Assembly (NCBI RefSeq): GCF_001194135.2
Contig: NC_068993.1
Coordinates: 56,213,906-56,277,905, forward strand
Reading direction: 5' to 3'
Length of the DNA: 64,000 bases
Source: Octopus bimaculoides
Taxonomy: Eukaryota
A model generated the notes under the pieces. That model was not told the origin of the DNA and did not search any database. It worked only from the letters and a program-made list of their open reading frames with translations. The position numbers and the translations under genes are program-made. Below, piece by piece: positions 54,564-64,000 of this stretch; position 1 is the stretch's first letter, and each line of letters begins with the position of its first letter.

Positions 54564-55031
54564 TACACAATCACATAAAAATATATAAACACACAGATAT
54601 ATAAATATATGCCGTTTAAAAATAAAACATAGTGGTGATGTTTCGGTATGAGCCCTAAATATCGGCCTTTTCCGTAAAAAGTGTCTGTTTGTATAAATAT
54701 ATATGTAACATGCTTGTAGAAAACGCGCATGCATATATACACACACGTCTGTACATACATACATAGATATATATGTATATATACATACATATGTATACAC
54801 ACACCGTTTTGAAAAGGTTAAAGGGGTGCTTAGGGGGCGAGAGAGTTGAAATGGATGTTAAGTTGTGAAAAGCACAAATAAAACGATATCGTAGCTGAAA
54901 GTTAAAACAAATGATAGTAAAGTGCATGGATAGATATATAAACATATACAGATAAATATATACGATATATATACATATATAAATATATTATAAAGTGAGA
55001 CATACGAAAACAAGGAATCACAATTGTCCAT
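37610..55031 (-). CDS. SUGT1: SGT1 homolog (MIS12 kinetochore assembly / Hsp90 co-chaperone), 13 coding exons, 357 aa
   Basis: Exons 55031-55006, 52572-52524, 51746-51656, 48043-47974, 47121-47051, 45741-45688, 45175-45147, 43224-43130, 41358-41262, 40746-40639, 39541-39442, 39059-38884, 37717-37610. All GT-AG, phases compatible, sum 1074 nt. Translation gives TPR ([31 protein letters not shown]...), CS (YDWYQTQT...IEVKLKK) and SGS (RNWEK...[14 protein letters not shown]...[11 protein letters not shown]) in the Sgt1 order. Confidence 0.97.
37800..38450 (-). mobile_element. Two SINE family A copies in SUGT1 intron 12
   Basis: 37800-38145 and 38290-38450, reverse complement of the core. Confidence 0.8.
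38884..39059 (-). CDS. SUGT1: SUGT1 exon 12, SGS domain (...[48 protein letters not shown])
   Basis: Near-canonical SGS motif inside ORF 38854..39273; acceptor ccggcag, donor gtgagt. Confidence 0.98.
39442..39541 (-). CDS. SUGT1: SUGT1 exon 11 ([33 protein letters not shown])
   Basis: CS end motif IE.KLKK....W..LE; donor gtaagc. Confidence 0.96.
40639..40746 (-). CDS. SUGT1: SUGT1 exon 10 ([36 protein letters not shown])
   Basis: Resembles Sgt1 KLPSGEDY..L.L...I.P; acceptor ttctctttcag, donor gtaagt. Confidence 0.97.
41262..41358 (-). CDS. SUGT1: SUGT1 exon 9, CS domain start ([32 protein letters not shown])
   Basis: Diagnostic YDWYQT motif; acceptor ctcttcctcag, donor gtaagt. Confidence 0.97.
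41396..41592. mobile_element. TTAA-family MITE in SUGT1 intron 8, left end decayed
   Basis: AATGCTAAAGGGTTAA right end; internal CTACCCTACAATGTCATTC. Confidence 0.65.
43130..43224 (-). CDS. SUGT1: SUGT1 exon 8, S/T/P-rich linker ([31 protein letters not shown])
   Basis: Acceptor gattttcag, donor gtaaga; phase 2 end joins the YDWYQ exon. Confidence 0.9.
43880..44845. repeat. Two family C repeats in opposite orientation in SUGT1 intron 7
   Basis: About 43880-44125 (GAT-tailed) and 44412-44845 (CAT-headed, internal GTGCCACCCGCACAAG tandem units); other copies at about 35430-35722, 38510-38835, 40135-40530, 49140-49420, 49630-49775. Confidence 0.8.
45147..45175 (-). CDS. SUGT1: SUGT1 exon 7, 29-nt micro-exon (PKEQKQQNS)
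   Basis: Acceptor ccatatttttcag, donor gtaagt; needed to convert phase 1 (exon 6) to phase 0 (exon 8). Confidence 0.85.
45688..45741 (-). CDS. SUGT1: SUGT1 exon 6 ([17 protein letters not shown])
   Basis: Acceptor cttccttctag, donor gtaagt; end of TPR (W...C). Confidence 0.92.
46525..46982. repeat. Head-to-head pair of CAT-tailed family C repeats (fold-back)
   Basis: Left arm (CAT)n-TTTAATGTCC...CATGGGTTGGACGG...GGATGCCCTTCC is complementary to right arm GGAAGGGCATCC...CCAACCCATG...ACATTAAA-(GAT)n. Confidence 0.85.
47051..47121 (-). CDS. SUGT1: SUGT1 exon 5 ([23 protein letters not shown])
   Basis: Acceptor gctcttatag, donor gtaagt; resembles Sgt1 ICEY...F.EGQKLD. Confidence 0.96.
47974..48043 (-). 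CDS. SUGT1: SUGT1 exon 4 ([22 protein letters not shown])
   Basis: Acceptor ctcttttgtag, donor gtaagt; resembles Sgt1 AVADA...LNPN...RKG. Confidence 0.95.
51656..51746 (-). CDS. SUGT1: SUGT1 exon 3 ([30 protein letters not shown])
   Basis: Acceptor atattttcag, donor gtaagt; TPR consensus Y.NRA.AY.KL..Y. Confidence 0.95.
52085..52462. mobile_element. TTAA-flanked piggyBac-like MITE with a nested SINE
   Basis: Perfect TTAACCCTTTAGCATT ... AATGCTAAAGGGTTAA ends; SINE inserted at about 52180-52372 carries a GCTAATGATTCT tandem run. Confidence 0.75.
52524..52572 (-). CDS. SUGT1: SUGT1 exon 2 ([16 protein letters not shown])
   Basis: Acceptor ttattctttcag, donor gtaagt; TPR1 helix A. Confidence 0.92.
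52588..52888. repeat. 11-bp minisatellite (AGATATCACAC)n, about 27 units
   Basis: Direct reading; variant unit ATATATCACAC interspersed. Confidence 0.95.
53095..53590 (-). mobile_element. LINE ORF2 linker remnant in SUGT1 intron 1
   Basis: [52 protein letters not shown], typical EN-RT linker (K..W..H.E.LLN.EN.W). Confidence 0.65.
53745..54065 (-). mobile_element. SINE family A in SUGT1 intron 1
   Basis: Reverse complement of tail and core; the 3' half also occurs on + at about 61000-61225 and 29400-29620. Confidence 0.8.
55006..55031 (-). CDS. SUGT1: SUGT1 coding exon 1 (MDNCDSLF, phase 2 end)
   Basis: ATG at 55031, donor TC|gtatgt; joins exon 2 in frame as SQANAEF. Confidence 0.85.
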
Positions 55032-55066
55032 GTTGCTAGCAACGAAGCAGAGGAATTCTGGGAAAT

Positions 55067-55081
55067 CTTCTGGAAACTTCC
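55067..55081. promoter_or_regulatory. Heat-shock element (three alternating nGAAn units) in the SUGT1 proximal promoter / 5' UTR
   Basis: cTTCtgGAAacTTCc, perfect HSF consensus, 36-50 nt upstream of the ATG; further GAA/TTC units at 55053-55064 are out of register. Confidence 0.6.
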
Positions 55082-55185
55082 TTAGGATGGCAAAAGTTAT
55101 CTCCCTTTCTCTACGATGGCGCTCGGCTTTTATTTATTTATTAGTTTTTTTTGTGGTCTTTGTTCTGCTTCTTTATCTCATTGTT

Positions 55186-55650
55186 GTTGTTGGCACTCCG
55201 TCGCTTACGACGTCGAGGGTTCCAGTTGATCCGATCAACGGAACAGCCTGCTCGTGAAATTAACGTGCAAGTGGCTGAGCACTCCACAGACACGTGTACC
55301 CTTAACGTAGTTCTCGGGGATATTCAGCGTGACACAGAGTGTGACAAGGCTGACCCTTTGAATTACAAAGTACAACAGAAACAGGAAGTAAGAGAAAATT
55401 GTGGTGGAAGANNNNNNNNNNNNNNNNNNNNNNNNNNNNNNNNNNNNNNNNNNNNNNNNNNNNNNNNNNNNNNNNNNNNNNNNNNNNNNNNNNNNNNNNN
55501 NNNNNNNNNNNNNNNNNNNNNNNNNNNNNNNNNNNNNNNNNNNNNNNNNNNNNNNNNNNNNNNNNNNAATAAACACTCACAACGCCCGGGAATCGAAATC
55601 GCGATCCTATGACCGGGAGTCCGCTGCCCTAACCACTGGGCCATTGCGCC
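55186..55650 (-). mobile_element. SINE family B immediately upstream of the SUGT1 promoter (gap inside)
   Basis: Reverse complement of the 11411 copy; other copies at about 28130-28435, 56482-56790 and 62430-62585 on +. Confidence 0.8.
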
Positions 55651-57064
55651 GCCACTTTATCTCATTAATTGTTATAAGAAAATGTTATTAGTTGAGCAAT
55701 GTTTTTCAACCTTAAAAATTGCTTGATTTTTAACCTTGCTTTTATACCATTATAACCTTATTTTCAAACATTTTTAACCTTATTTTTTAAAACTTTATTG
55801 ACAGAGTGTAACTTTATTACTAATATTCCTTTCTATTATAGGCACAAGGTCTGAAATTTTGTTGGGTGGTGGTGTACAGTCAAATACATTGATCCTGGTA
55901 TTTGTTTCATTGAACCTGAAAGGATGGAAAGCAAAGTCGACCTCGGTGGAATTTGAACTCAGAACGTAACAACGTAACACCGGGTGAAATACCGCTCAGC
56001 ATTTTGCCTGGCATGCTAACGATTCTGCCGATTATAAATTTTGGCACCCAGGCCAAATTCCTAACGCCCCTTCCTCGCTCACCACCATAAACATTGACCA
56101 TTTTCTACAGCAAATTCAAAACGACTATATTTCATATATGGACTTAACCTAATAAACCCATTATTTGGGTTTTTTTTAACATCCATCACCCCTTTTGATC
56201 ACCCCATTATCACCCGACATTTCTTCAGTGCGCCCCTGTAATTGAAAATCCAGAAAGTCTAAGCGATAAAATTATTCATTGGGGAGTATATGAACACACA
56301 CACGCACACGCGCGCGCGCGGTAGGCCCAGGGCTGTAGTAGAAAACACTTTCCTAAGGTACCGCGAAGTGAGACTGAACCAAAGACCACATGGTTTGAAA
56401 AGAGCTTCTTGGAAGACGTGATTAAATGAATACATATTCACCCCTCGTATCTCCTGATTTTATGTTAATATTTATGCATGTATGGTCGAGTGGTTAAGGT
56501 ATTCGGCTCGCGATCGTAAGGTCATCACTTCGAATCCCGGTGACACGTTGTGTCCAGGAGCAAGACACTTTATTTCATGTTGCTCCAGTCCACTCTACTG
56601 GCAAAAATAAGTAGTACGTGTATGTTGAGGGGCCAGCCCTGTATCACGCTGAATCTCTCCGAGAACTACGTTAAGGGTACACGTGTCTGTGGAGTGCTCA
56701 ACCACTTGCACTTTAATTTCACGAGCAGGCTGTTCCGTTGACCGGATCAACTGGAACACTCGTCGTCGCAACCGACGGAGTGCCAGAATGTATGTATGTA
56801 TAGCGGAGTGGGGATGATATTTGTTAAGAGAACCCCTGTTCGATGACTGATTCTCGTGAAGATCTTATGATCAAAGCGTTTCTGCCACCAACAACCTGTT
56901 TTTACATTCATATAATCTACCCAATGTGTCCATTCAGTTTTAAGACGGCAGGGTGTGTTTCGAGAGGAATTTCGGTGACATCGTTCGAAGGTTGTTGACA
57001 CATTTTGAACATGATCAGCTGTATGTGAATGTATGCAATCAAACCTACTAATACTCTTATAGAG

Positions 57065-57535
57065 CCCCAAAATGGGAAACCTGATAGATAAAAGATACCT
57101 AAAAAATAGTAAATGTCAGGAAAAAACCCTTAAAAAACAACTCTCAAAGGCAAAATTCACATCAGAGAATGAAACAGAATTCTCCGTAAAAGAATGTGGA
57201 GACAGCAGATGTGGAATAATCTACAACAACGATAACTTCAAAAATATAGACAGGGACACCCACATAAAATTCAAGAGTGGATTCTCGTTTAACGTAAATG
57301 AAAATATGAACTGCAAGACACAAAACCTCATATTACTGCATTACTTGCCCCAAATGTAAGGAGAATTATATTGACGAAACGCGCAAGAATCCACAGGCAG
57401 CAAATATGACAAGAGGAACTACGGAAAATTCCACTGAGCAAACATTTGGAAATATGTGGAGAAGGAAAATTCAAGATCTTTCCCTTCTATAAATGCTCAA
57501 GAAACGACCCAAACTTCCGAAAGACAATTTCAAAA
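57065..57535 (+). mobile_element. Penelope-like element remnant, GIY-YIG endonuclease region (frameshifted)
   Basis: ORF 57072..57359 (KECGDSRCG...FKSGFSFNVNENMNCKTQNL) continues by frameshift into YCITCPKCKENYIDET and RKIPLSKHLEICGEGKFKIFPFYKC, as in Penelope GIY-YIG. Confidence 0.75.
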
Positions 57536-58434
57536 ACATAGCCATATATGGCTCTTTCAAAAACATAGCTATATATGGCTATGATCAAATGGCTAGATCA
57601 AAAACAACATCTGGAATTTCAATAAAAAAACTTTGACCACATCCATACAACCATTCTCCACCCCACCTTGCATTAGTAAAAAGAAANNNNNNNNNNNNNN
57701 NNNNNNNNNNNNNNNNNNNNNNNNNNNNNNNNNNNNNNNNNNNNNNNNNNNNNNNNNNNNNNNNNNNNNNNNNNNNNNNNNNNNNNNNNNNNNNNNNNNN
57801 NNNNNNNNNNNNNNNNNNNNNNNNNNNNNNNNNNNNNNNNNNNNNNNNNNNNNNNNNNNNNNNNNNNNNNNNNNNNNNNNNNNNNNNNNNNNNNNNNNNN
57901 NNNNNNNNNNNNNNNNNNNNNNNNNNNNNNNNNNNNNNNNNNNNNNNNNNNNNNNNNNNNNNNNNNNNNNNNNNNNNNNNNNNNNNNNNNNNNNNNNNNN
58001 NNNNNNNNNNNNNNNNNNNNNNNNNNNNNNNNNNNNNNNNNNNNNNNNNNNNNNNNNNNNNNNNNNNNNNNNNNNNNNNNNNNNNNNNNNNNNNNNNNNN
58101 NNNNNNNNNNNNNNNNNNNNNNNNNNNNNNNNNNNNNNNNNNNNNNNNNNNNNNNNNNNNNNNNNNNNNNNNNNNNNNNNNNNNNNNNNNNNNNNNNNNN
58201 NNNNNNNNNNNNNNNNNNNNNNNNNNNNNNNNNNNNNNNNNNNNNNNNNNNNNNNNNNNNNNNNNNNNNNNNNNNNNNNNNNNNNNNNNNNNNNNNNNNN
58301 NNNNNNNNNNNNNNNNNNNNNNNNNNNNNNNNNNNNNNNNNNNNNNNNNNNNNNNNNNNNNNNNNNNNNNNNNNNNNNNNNNNNNNNNNNNNNNNNNNNN
58401 NNNNNNNNNNNNNNNNNNNNNNNNNNNNNNNNNN

Positions 58435-60159
58435 TCTCTTTTACGGTCGGTCGACCATGAGCATGGACGTGTGCTAAAGCTGTCTCTACATCTTTCGGAC
58501 TTACACAAGACAGCTCGCTCACAACTACAGAACAACGTCCCAACAACTATGCTCATACACACAGAAGCTGTAACAACAAGAACTAATGATGTACATATTT
58601 ACCACCTAAATAAAGTGTTGTTTAAGTTGATAGTCTGGAGTTCAGCGTTCCGTTATATTCTTTAATTTTATAGTAGGAAGTCAGGTATACAATCTAAAGA
58701 TGTATAACCCACTTTCTACTAAAGTGGTGACCCCGAGGTGATTCGATCACGCAGCCCGCTGAGCTGCAATAACCCACTTACGGACTAAAGTGGTGACCCC
58801 CGACGAAGAAAAAACGCAGCATGGACTCTGGACTACCAACTTATAACTGGTGTACTCGACTAAAGAACAAATATGGCCATGGAGACAGTACTACACATTA
58901 CCAACATCTCCAACCATAGTCAACACGACTCAACAAGCGCGGTTTTTATTCTCGTCTCTGTTAGAGTGGATTTTTCCACTCACGAAAAACAGACAGGAAT
59001 TACGGCCTGCTTTTTATGTTCTTATATGTCGCATTCACACTCTCACATTACACATACATCTTTTATGCTACACAATAACTCTTGTTATTCATTTCGCACG
59101 GTCGTTTTTTCATCTTGGGTTAAGAAAATTTTTCTTCGAGGTTTTCGCTAATGGTCGTACAGAGATTTGTCTGTCGATCGTTCTGTAAAAGCGTACCTCT
59201 TCAAATACTCATCACCNNNNNNNNNNNNNNNNNNNNNNNNNNNNNNNNNNNNNNNNNNNNNNNNNNNNNNNNNNNNNNNNNNNNNNNNNNNNNNNNNNNN
59301 NNNNNNNNNNNNNNNNNNNNNNNNNNNNNNNNNNNNNNNNNNNNNNNNNNNNNNNNNNNNNNNNNNNNNNNNNNNNNNNNNNNNNNNNNNNNNNNNNNNN
59401 NNNNNNNNNNNNNNNNNNNNNNNNNNNNNNNNNNNNNNNNNNNNNNNNNNNNNNNNNNNNNNNNNNNNNNNNNNNNNNNNNNNNNNNNNNNNNNNNNNNN
59501 NNNNNNNNNNNNNNNNNNNNNNNNNNNNNNNNNNNNNNNNNNNNNNNNNNNNNNNNNNNNNNNNNNNNNNNNNNNNNNNNNNNNNNNNNNNNNNNNNNNN
59601 TTACATCGCGTGATTCCAGTTTCCTGGACAGTTGTCATCACGGTTGTTTTGTCATTGTCATTTCATTTATACGTTGCATGCATGTATTTCACAAGTGTAC
59701 ATTTCATTTCTTTGAATTTTCTTTGTGTGTGTTTGTACCACATCTTGTGGGTGGTTTTTCAGTGGCCATCCTGCCTCAGGCGTTCTAACAGATTTCATTT
59801 ATCGTGCGTTTCCGCACTGGCGAGGGAGCTCTGTAGTAACGCCGTGCGCATGTGTAGTATTAAACAACCAAACTTTCTCGCTTTAATCTTTCTCTTTTAC
59901 GGTCGGCCGACCATGAGCATGGACGTGTGCTGTCTCTACATCTTTCGGACTTACACAAGACAGCTCGCTCACAACTACAGAACAACGTCCCAACAACTAT
60001 GCTCATACACACAGAAGCTGTAACAACAAGAACTAATGATGTACATATTTACCACCTAAATAAAGTGTTGTTTAAGTTGATAGTCTGGAGTTCAGCGTTC
60101 CGTTATATTCTTTAATTTTATAGTAGGAAGTCAGGTATACAATCTAAAGATGTATAACC
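58435..60159 (+). mobile_element. Small non-autonomous LTR retrotransposon (TRIM-like) with near-identical LTRs
   Basis: 58435-58709 matches 59891-60159 apart from one substitution and a 5-bp indel seen by eye. tRNA-Trp PBS follows the left copy; purine-rich GGCGAGGGAG precedes TGTAGTAAC (59832) at the right copy; AATAAA lies inside the LTR. Outer ends are lost in N gaps. Confidence 0.75.
58725..58766 (-). pseudogene. Retro-copied 3' half of tRNA-Trp including CCA (extended PBS)
   Basis: Plus strand TGGTGACCCCGAGGTGATTCGATCACGCAGCCCGCTGAGCTG aligns ungapped to the reverse complement of metazoan tRNA-Trp as recalled (TGGTGACCCCGACGTGATTTGAACACGCAACCTTCTGATCTG) at 35 of 42 positions. Confidence 0.75.
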
Positions 60160-61729
60160 NNNNNNNNNNNNNNNNNNNNNNNNNNNNNNNNNNNNNNNNN
60201 NNNNNNNNNNNNNNNNNNNNNNNNNNNNNNNNNNNNNNNNNNNNNNNNNNNNNNNNNNNNNNNNNNNNNNNNNNNNNNNNNNNNNNNNNNNNNNNNNNNN
60301 NNNNNNNNNNNNNNNNNNNNNNNNNNNNNNNNNNNNNNNNNNNNNNNNNNNNNNNNNNNNNNNNNNNNNNNNNNNNNNNNNNNNNNNNNNNNNNNNNNNN
60401 NNNNNNNNNNNNNNNNNNNNNNNNNNNNNNNNNNNNNNNNNNNNNNNNNNNNNNNNNNNNNNNNNNNNNNNNNNNNNNNNNNNNNNNNNNNNNNNNNNNN
60501 NNNNNNNNNNNNNNNNNNNNNNNNNNNNNNNNNNNNNNNNNNNNNNNNNNNNNNNNNNNNNNNNNNNNNNNNNNNNNNNNNNNNNNNNNNNNNNNNNNNN
60601 NNNNNNNNNNNNNNNNNNNNNNNNNNNNNNNNNNNNNNNNNNNNNNNNNNNNNNNNNNNNNNNNNNNNNNNNNNNNNNNNNNNNNNNNNNNNNNNNNNNN
60701 NNNNNNNNNNNATTTGTGGGGTATGAGTTGATCTATATATAGCGTTAAGAGGGCTCCAAATGCCTTCAGAATTTTACTCTATCACGTGACCTTATTAGGG
60801 GCCGTGATTGGTCAGTTTGCGTTCTGGCGGGCAAGGTTCGAAGAAGTTGCCGATTCGAATAATAATCAGTCACGTGATGACAAGGAATGGGTTCTCTACT
60901 ACGCTCGCATTTATTTATATTTAAATGAGAAGATTGTATGTAATGGCGATAGTAGTTTGTATCTAATGGCGGGAGGTAGTTTCACTACATATATATATAT
61001 GTGTGTGTGTGTGTCTGTGTTTGTGTCTGTGTCTGTGTTTGTCCCACTAGCATTGCTTGACAACCGATGCTGGTGTGTTTATGTCTCCGTAACTTAGCGG
61101 TTCGGCAAAAAGGGACCGAAAGAATAAGTACTAGGCTTACAAAGAATAAGTCCCGGGGTCGATATGCTCGACTAAAGGCGGTGCTCCAGCATGGCCGCAG
61201 TCAAATGACTGAAACAAGTAAAAAAAGAAATATATAAATGCATAACGCTACAACGCATATGTAATATTTTGATGACAGAGACCGGCGACTTGGCGTGTAA
61301 AAAAAAGAAAGTAAGAGGGAAGTCGGACTTCTTTAGCATACAATTGGCTCCTTTGTGGTGTTTAAGACATTCCTCCACGGCTACGTCACTGTCGTCATAG
61401 CAACTACTGACGCACACAATGTTAGAAACTGAAGGATAAAACGATAGAAAGACTATGAGAGATAGTGGGGTGAAATGAAAAGTGTAAGAAAATAACGTAT
61501 AGGAGATAATTAGAGAGAGGGGGGGATGAAACCCTTTGGAGAAACTAATATAACGAAAAAAAAAAATAATAAATAAACACGGTTTCAAACGGTGAGTGCG
61601 TATTGAAAAGTTTAATTTTAAAAATGAATTGCAAGAAAATAAGGAATAGGATCGTATGGAAAAATTGAGAAATAGGGCGATAAGAAACCAATTTATCAAC
61701 TTTTTCTGTGACTCCAGTTATTATTACAT

Positions 61730-62420
61730 TAAATACTTTCCTACTAGAGTTTATGGGTGCCACCTTAGCGTGCGGTCTACTCAGCTATTTACAATTTAAT
61801 GTGATGTTTAACTCTAACCCTAACCATAATCCCAATCCTTTAACCCTACCCCTGATTTTGAACCTAACACTAACCCTAACCTTACGCCTAACTCTAACTC
61901 TAATCTTAAACCTAACACTGACGCTATCCCTACCCTAACCTTAATCCTAAATATTTTTATACTAAAGTTTATGTATCACTTTAGCATGCGATCTACCTGG
62001 CCATTTATACTTTAGTGTGCACTTTAACCCTAACTATAATCCTAAACCTGCCCCTAACCCTATCCCAAACCCTAACTCTAATCCTAAATACTTTTATACA
62101 AAAATTTATAGGTGTCACTTAAACATGCGATCTTCCCGGCCTATTACATTTTAGCACGCGACCAATATTTTTAGACCCAGTCTGCCACTGACCATAACCC
62201 AAACTGTAACCCAAAACCTAGTCTAAAACCTAACAAGAACCCTAACTTTAAGCCCAACCCTAAACCTTAACCCTAACCCTAACCCTAATACGTGCACTTT
62301 CCCTAAATACTTTTATACAAAAGTTTATGGATTCTACTTTAGCATGTGGCCTACCGGACCATCTACATTTTAGCATGCAGTCTTAGTGACTTTTATAATT
62401 TAGCATGCGGTCTACCTGGC
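61730..62420. repeat. Tandem array of four conserved heads separated by degenerate (CCCTAA)n
   Basis: Head TAAATA(C/T)TTT...A(A/G)TTTAT...CAC(C/T)TTAGC(A/G)TGCG at about 61731, 61948, 62086, 62304; spacers rich in CCCTAA/CCTAAC/CTCTAA. Confidence 0.85.
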
Positions 62421-63863
62421 CATTTGCTAGCGACGCGTTGTGTCCTTGAGCAAGACACTTTATTTCACGTTGCTCTGGTCCACTCAGCTGGCAAAAATGA
62501 ATAGTCCTCGTATTTCAAAGGGGCCTGCCTTGTTACATTCTGTGTCACGTCGAATCTCCTTGAGAACTACATTAAGGGTACGTGTGTTTGCGAGGAAAGA
62601 TTTGCAGAGATATATAGCAACTGGTAGCTGTTGGCTGCACATTCTTCATAATCAATCGATATGTGTCCTGTACTGGATTGCATAGTTCGATTATCGTGCA
62701 GGGGTCACCAATTGTAGCGGGTCTGCGCAGTTCGTTTCGTTATGAGGGCACCAGGGCGAGACATAGATAGGCTGGACTCAGAGGTGTAGCAGGTTCTAAA
62801 ATTGGGGGCAGCGAGCACTTAAAAAAAAAACGGCGCTGTGACGCATACCAAACAATTTTAAACCCATTTCCCTTATAGTTCGCGAAATATTTCATTAGTT
62901 AAAATATACGTAATTGTATTCTGCATTCATTAATTTCATCTTTCAGTAACAATGTCAAGTGTGACGTGAAAAAAAATGGAACTCCATGGGATCGTCCAGT
63001 GTCGAGTGGTTATGACGTCAGATTTGTTTTGGCTTTTCAGATGTCAGCAGCCACCAACACATCACAGGGGATTGACTAAACGGTTCAATAACACGGGGGA
63101 GGTTAGTCAAATAAAGTAATGACTCCAAAAAGTTCTTCCAAGTCCATGCGACTAACAGAAAAGAGTGAGTGATAGATAGAGGGAGAAAGAGAGAAAGAGA
63201 GAGAGAGAAGGAAATGGAGGGAGGGAGAGATTTGACTTTTATTGCACAAGTGAACTAAAGAGTTAGACAAATGAATTGTTGAAAAGATGCCAGTCTCTCC
63301 CCAAATTAGCTACGTCACTGACCGTTCGATTGTTGTGCACGCCGAGCACTTGACTTATTATTCTCTCAATTGACACATATCGTTCTTTCAGTAGATGTTG
63401 CAAGCTTTAATGTTTTGATAAAAGAGTGGCTGATATATTTCTCCTTTTAAAACATCTTGTTTCATATCCAGTGTAATCTTTTTCGGTTCCTTTTCGCCCT
63501 GCAGCCTTCAGTTCCGCTTGATGACACACACACAAACACACAGAGAATAATTCGAGTGAAAAGCTCGTAATGTACATATAGGAGCTTTTAGTGTTGTGTG
63601 GCCATCGCTCTAGTAGTTTTCTCTGTATCAAATGTCAATGTACAGCGTTTATATCAAAATACAGCCTTGAGACTCTTGGTTATACTCGGTCGAACGCCTG
63701 TGATCGTGCATACAACTGGGATGTAAATCCGTCTTTACTTCGGTATGTACCTATGTGTTCTTCTAATGTTGTCTTGTACATGATAGCGATTTCATTGACC
63801 CGACCTTGACGCTTTACTATTTAAGTACCCGATTCGCTTGAATCCTGAACTTTATATATATAT

Positions 63864-63905
<42 letters not shown>

Positions 63906-64000
63906 GAAATATGTTACAAAAACAAAATAGAAACTACATGTGGAAATGTAAGGGGAAAGTAAGAAGAAAAATAAGCGAAAATGCACATTGGAAATCAAAA

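Noticed and set aside
57585-58562. Long X-filled ORFs (also 8395-9186, 13612-14280, 18327-19143, 23736-24564, 53979-54802, 59151-60731)
   Set aside because: Open only because N gaps contain no stops.
63013-63020. TGACGTCA CRE palindrome and the nearby + strand acceptor-ATG at about 63041
   Set aside because: An 8-mer is expected by chance in 64 kb (another lies at about 28770 inside a mariner); the ATG closes after 12 codons.

Overview
AT-rich, gap-containing animal genomic DNA. The microsatellites, tRNA-derived SINEs and decayed transposons are typical of an octopus-type (coleoid cephalopod) draft assembly; the species is inferred, not proven. The one confidently identified gene is SUGT1/Sgt1 (TPR-CS-SGS Hsp90 co-chaperone) on the minus strand. 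I rebuilt it by hand as 13 GT-AG coding exons from 55031 to 37610, totalling 1074 nt (357 aa), with a perfect three-unit heat-shock element 36-50 nt upstream of its ATG. A second, unidentified plus-strand gene is suggested by seven phase-compatible small exons between 322 and 8213 (160 aa open) and a further exon at 10290-10390. Almost all ORF-track entries are artefacts of microsatellites or N gaps. The rest is repeat: three SINE families, a CAT-tailed interspersed repeat, and remnants of RTE, R4, Jockey/I, Penelope, Helitron, Tigger and Tc1/mariner elements, plus TTAA-flanked MITEs. The most unusual object is a small, young LTR element at about 58.4-60.2 kb. Its 5' LTR is followed by an antisense copy of about 42 nt of the whole 3' half of tRNA-Trp (CCA included), then a repeat of the LTR-end motif and a second PBS. 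Other points of interest are a fold-back repeat pair in SUGT1 intron 5, a duplicated YDWY-stop decoy acceptor, a telomere-like satellite and CpG-depleted domains. Repeat coordinates are approximate (tens of bp); exon coordinates were counted by hand.
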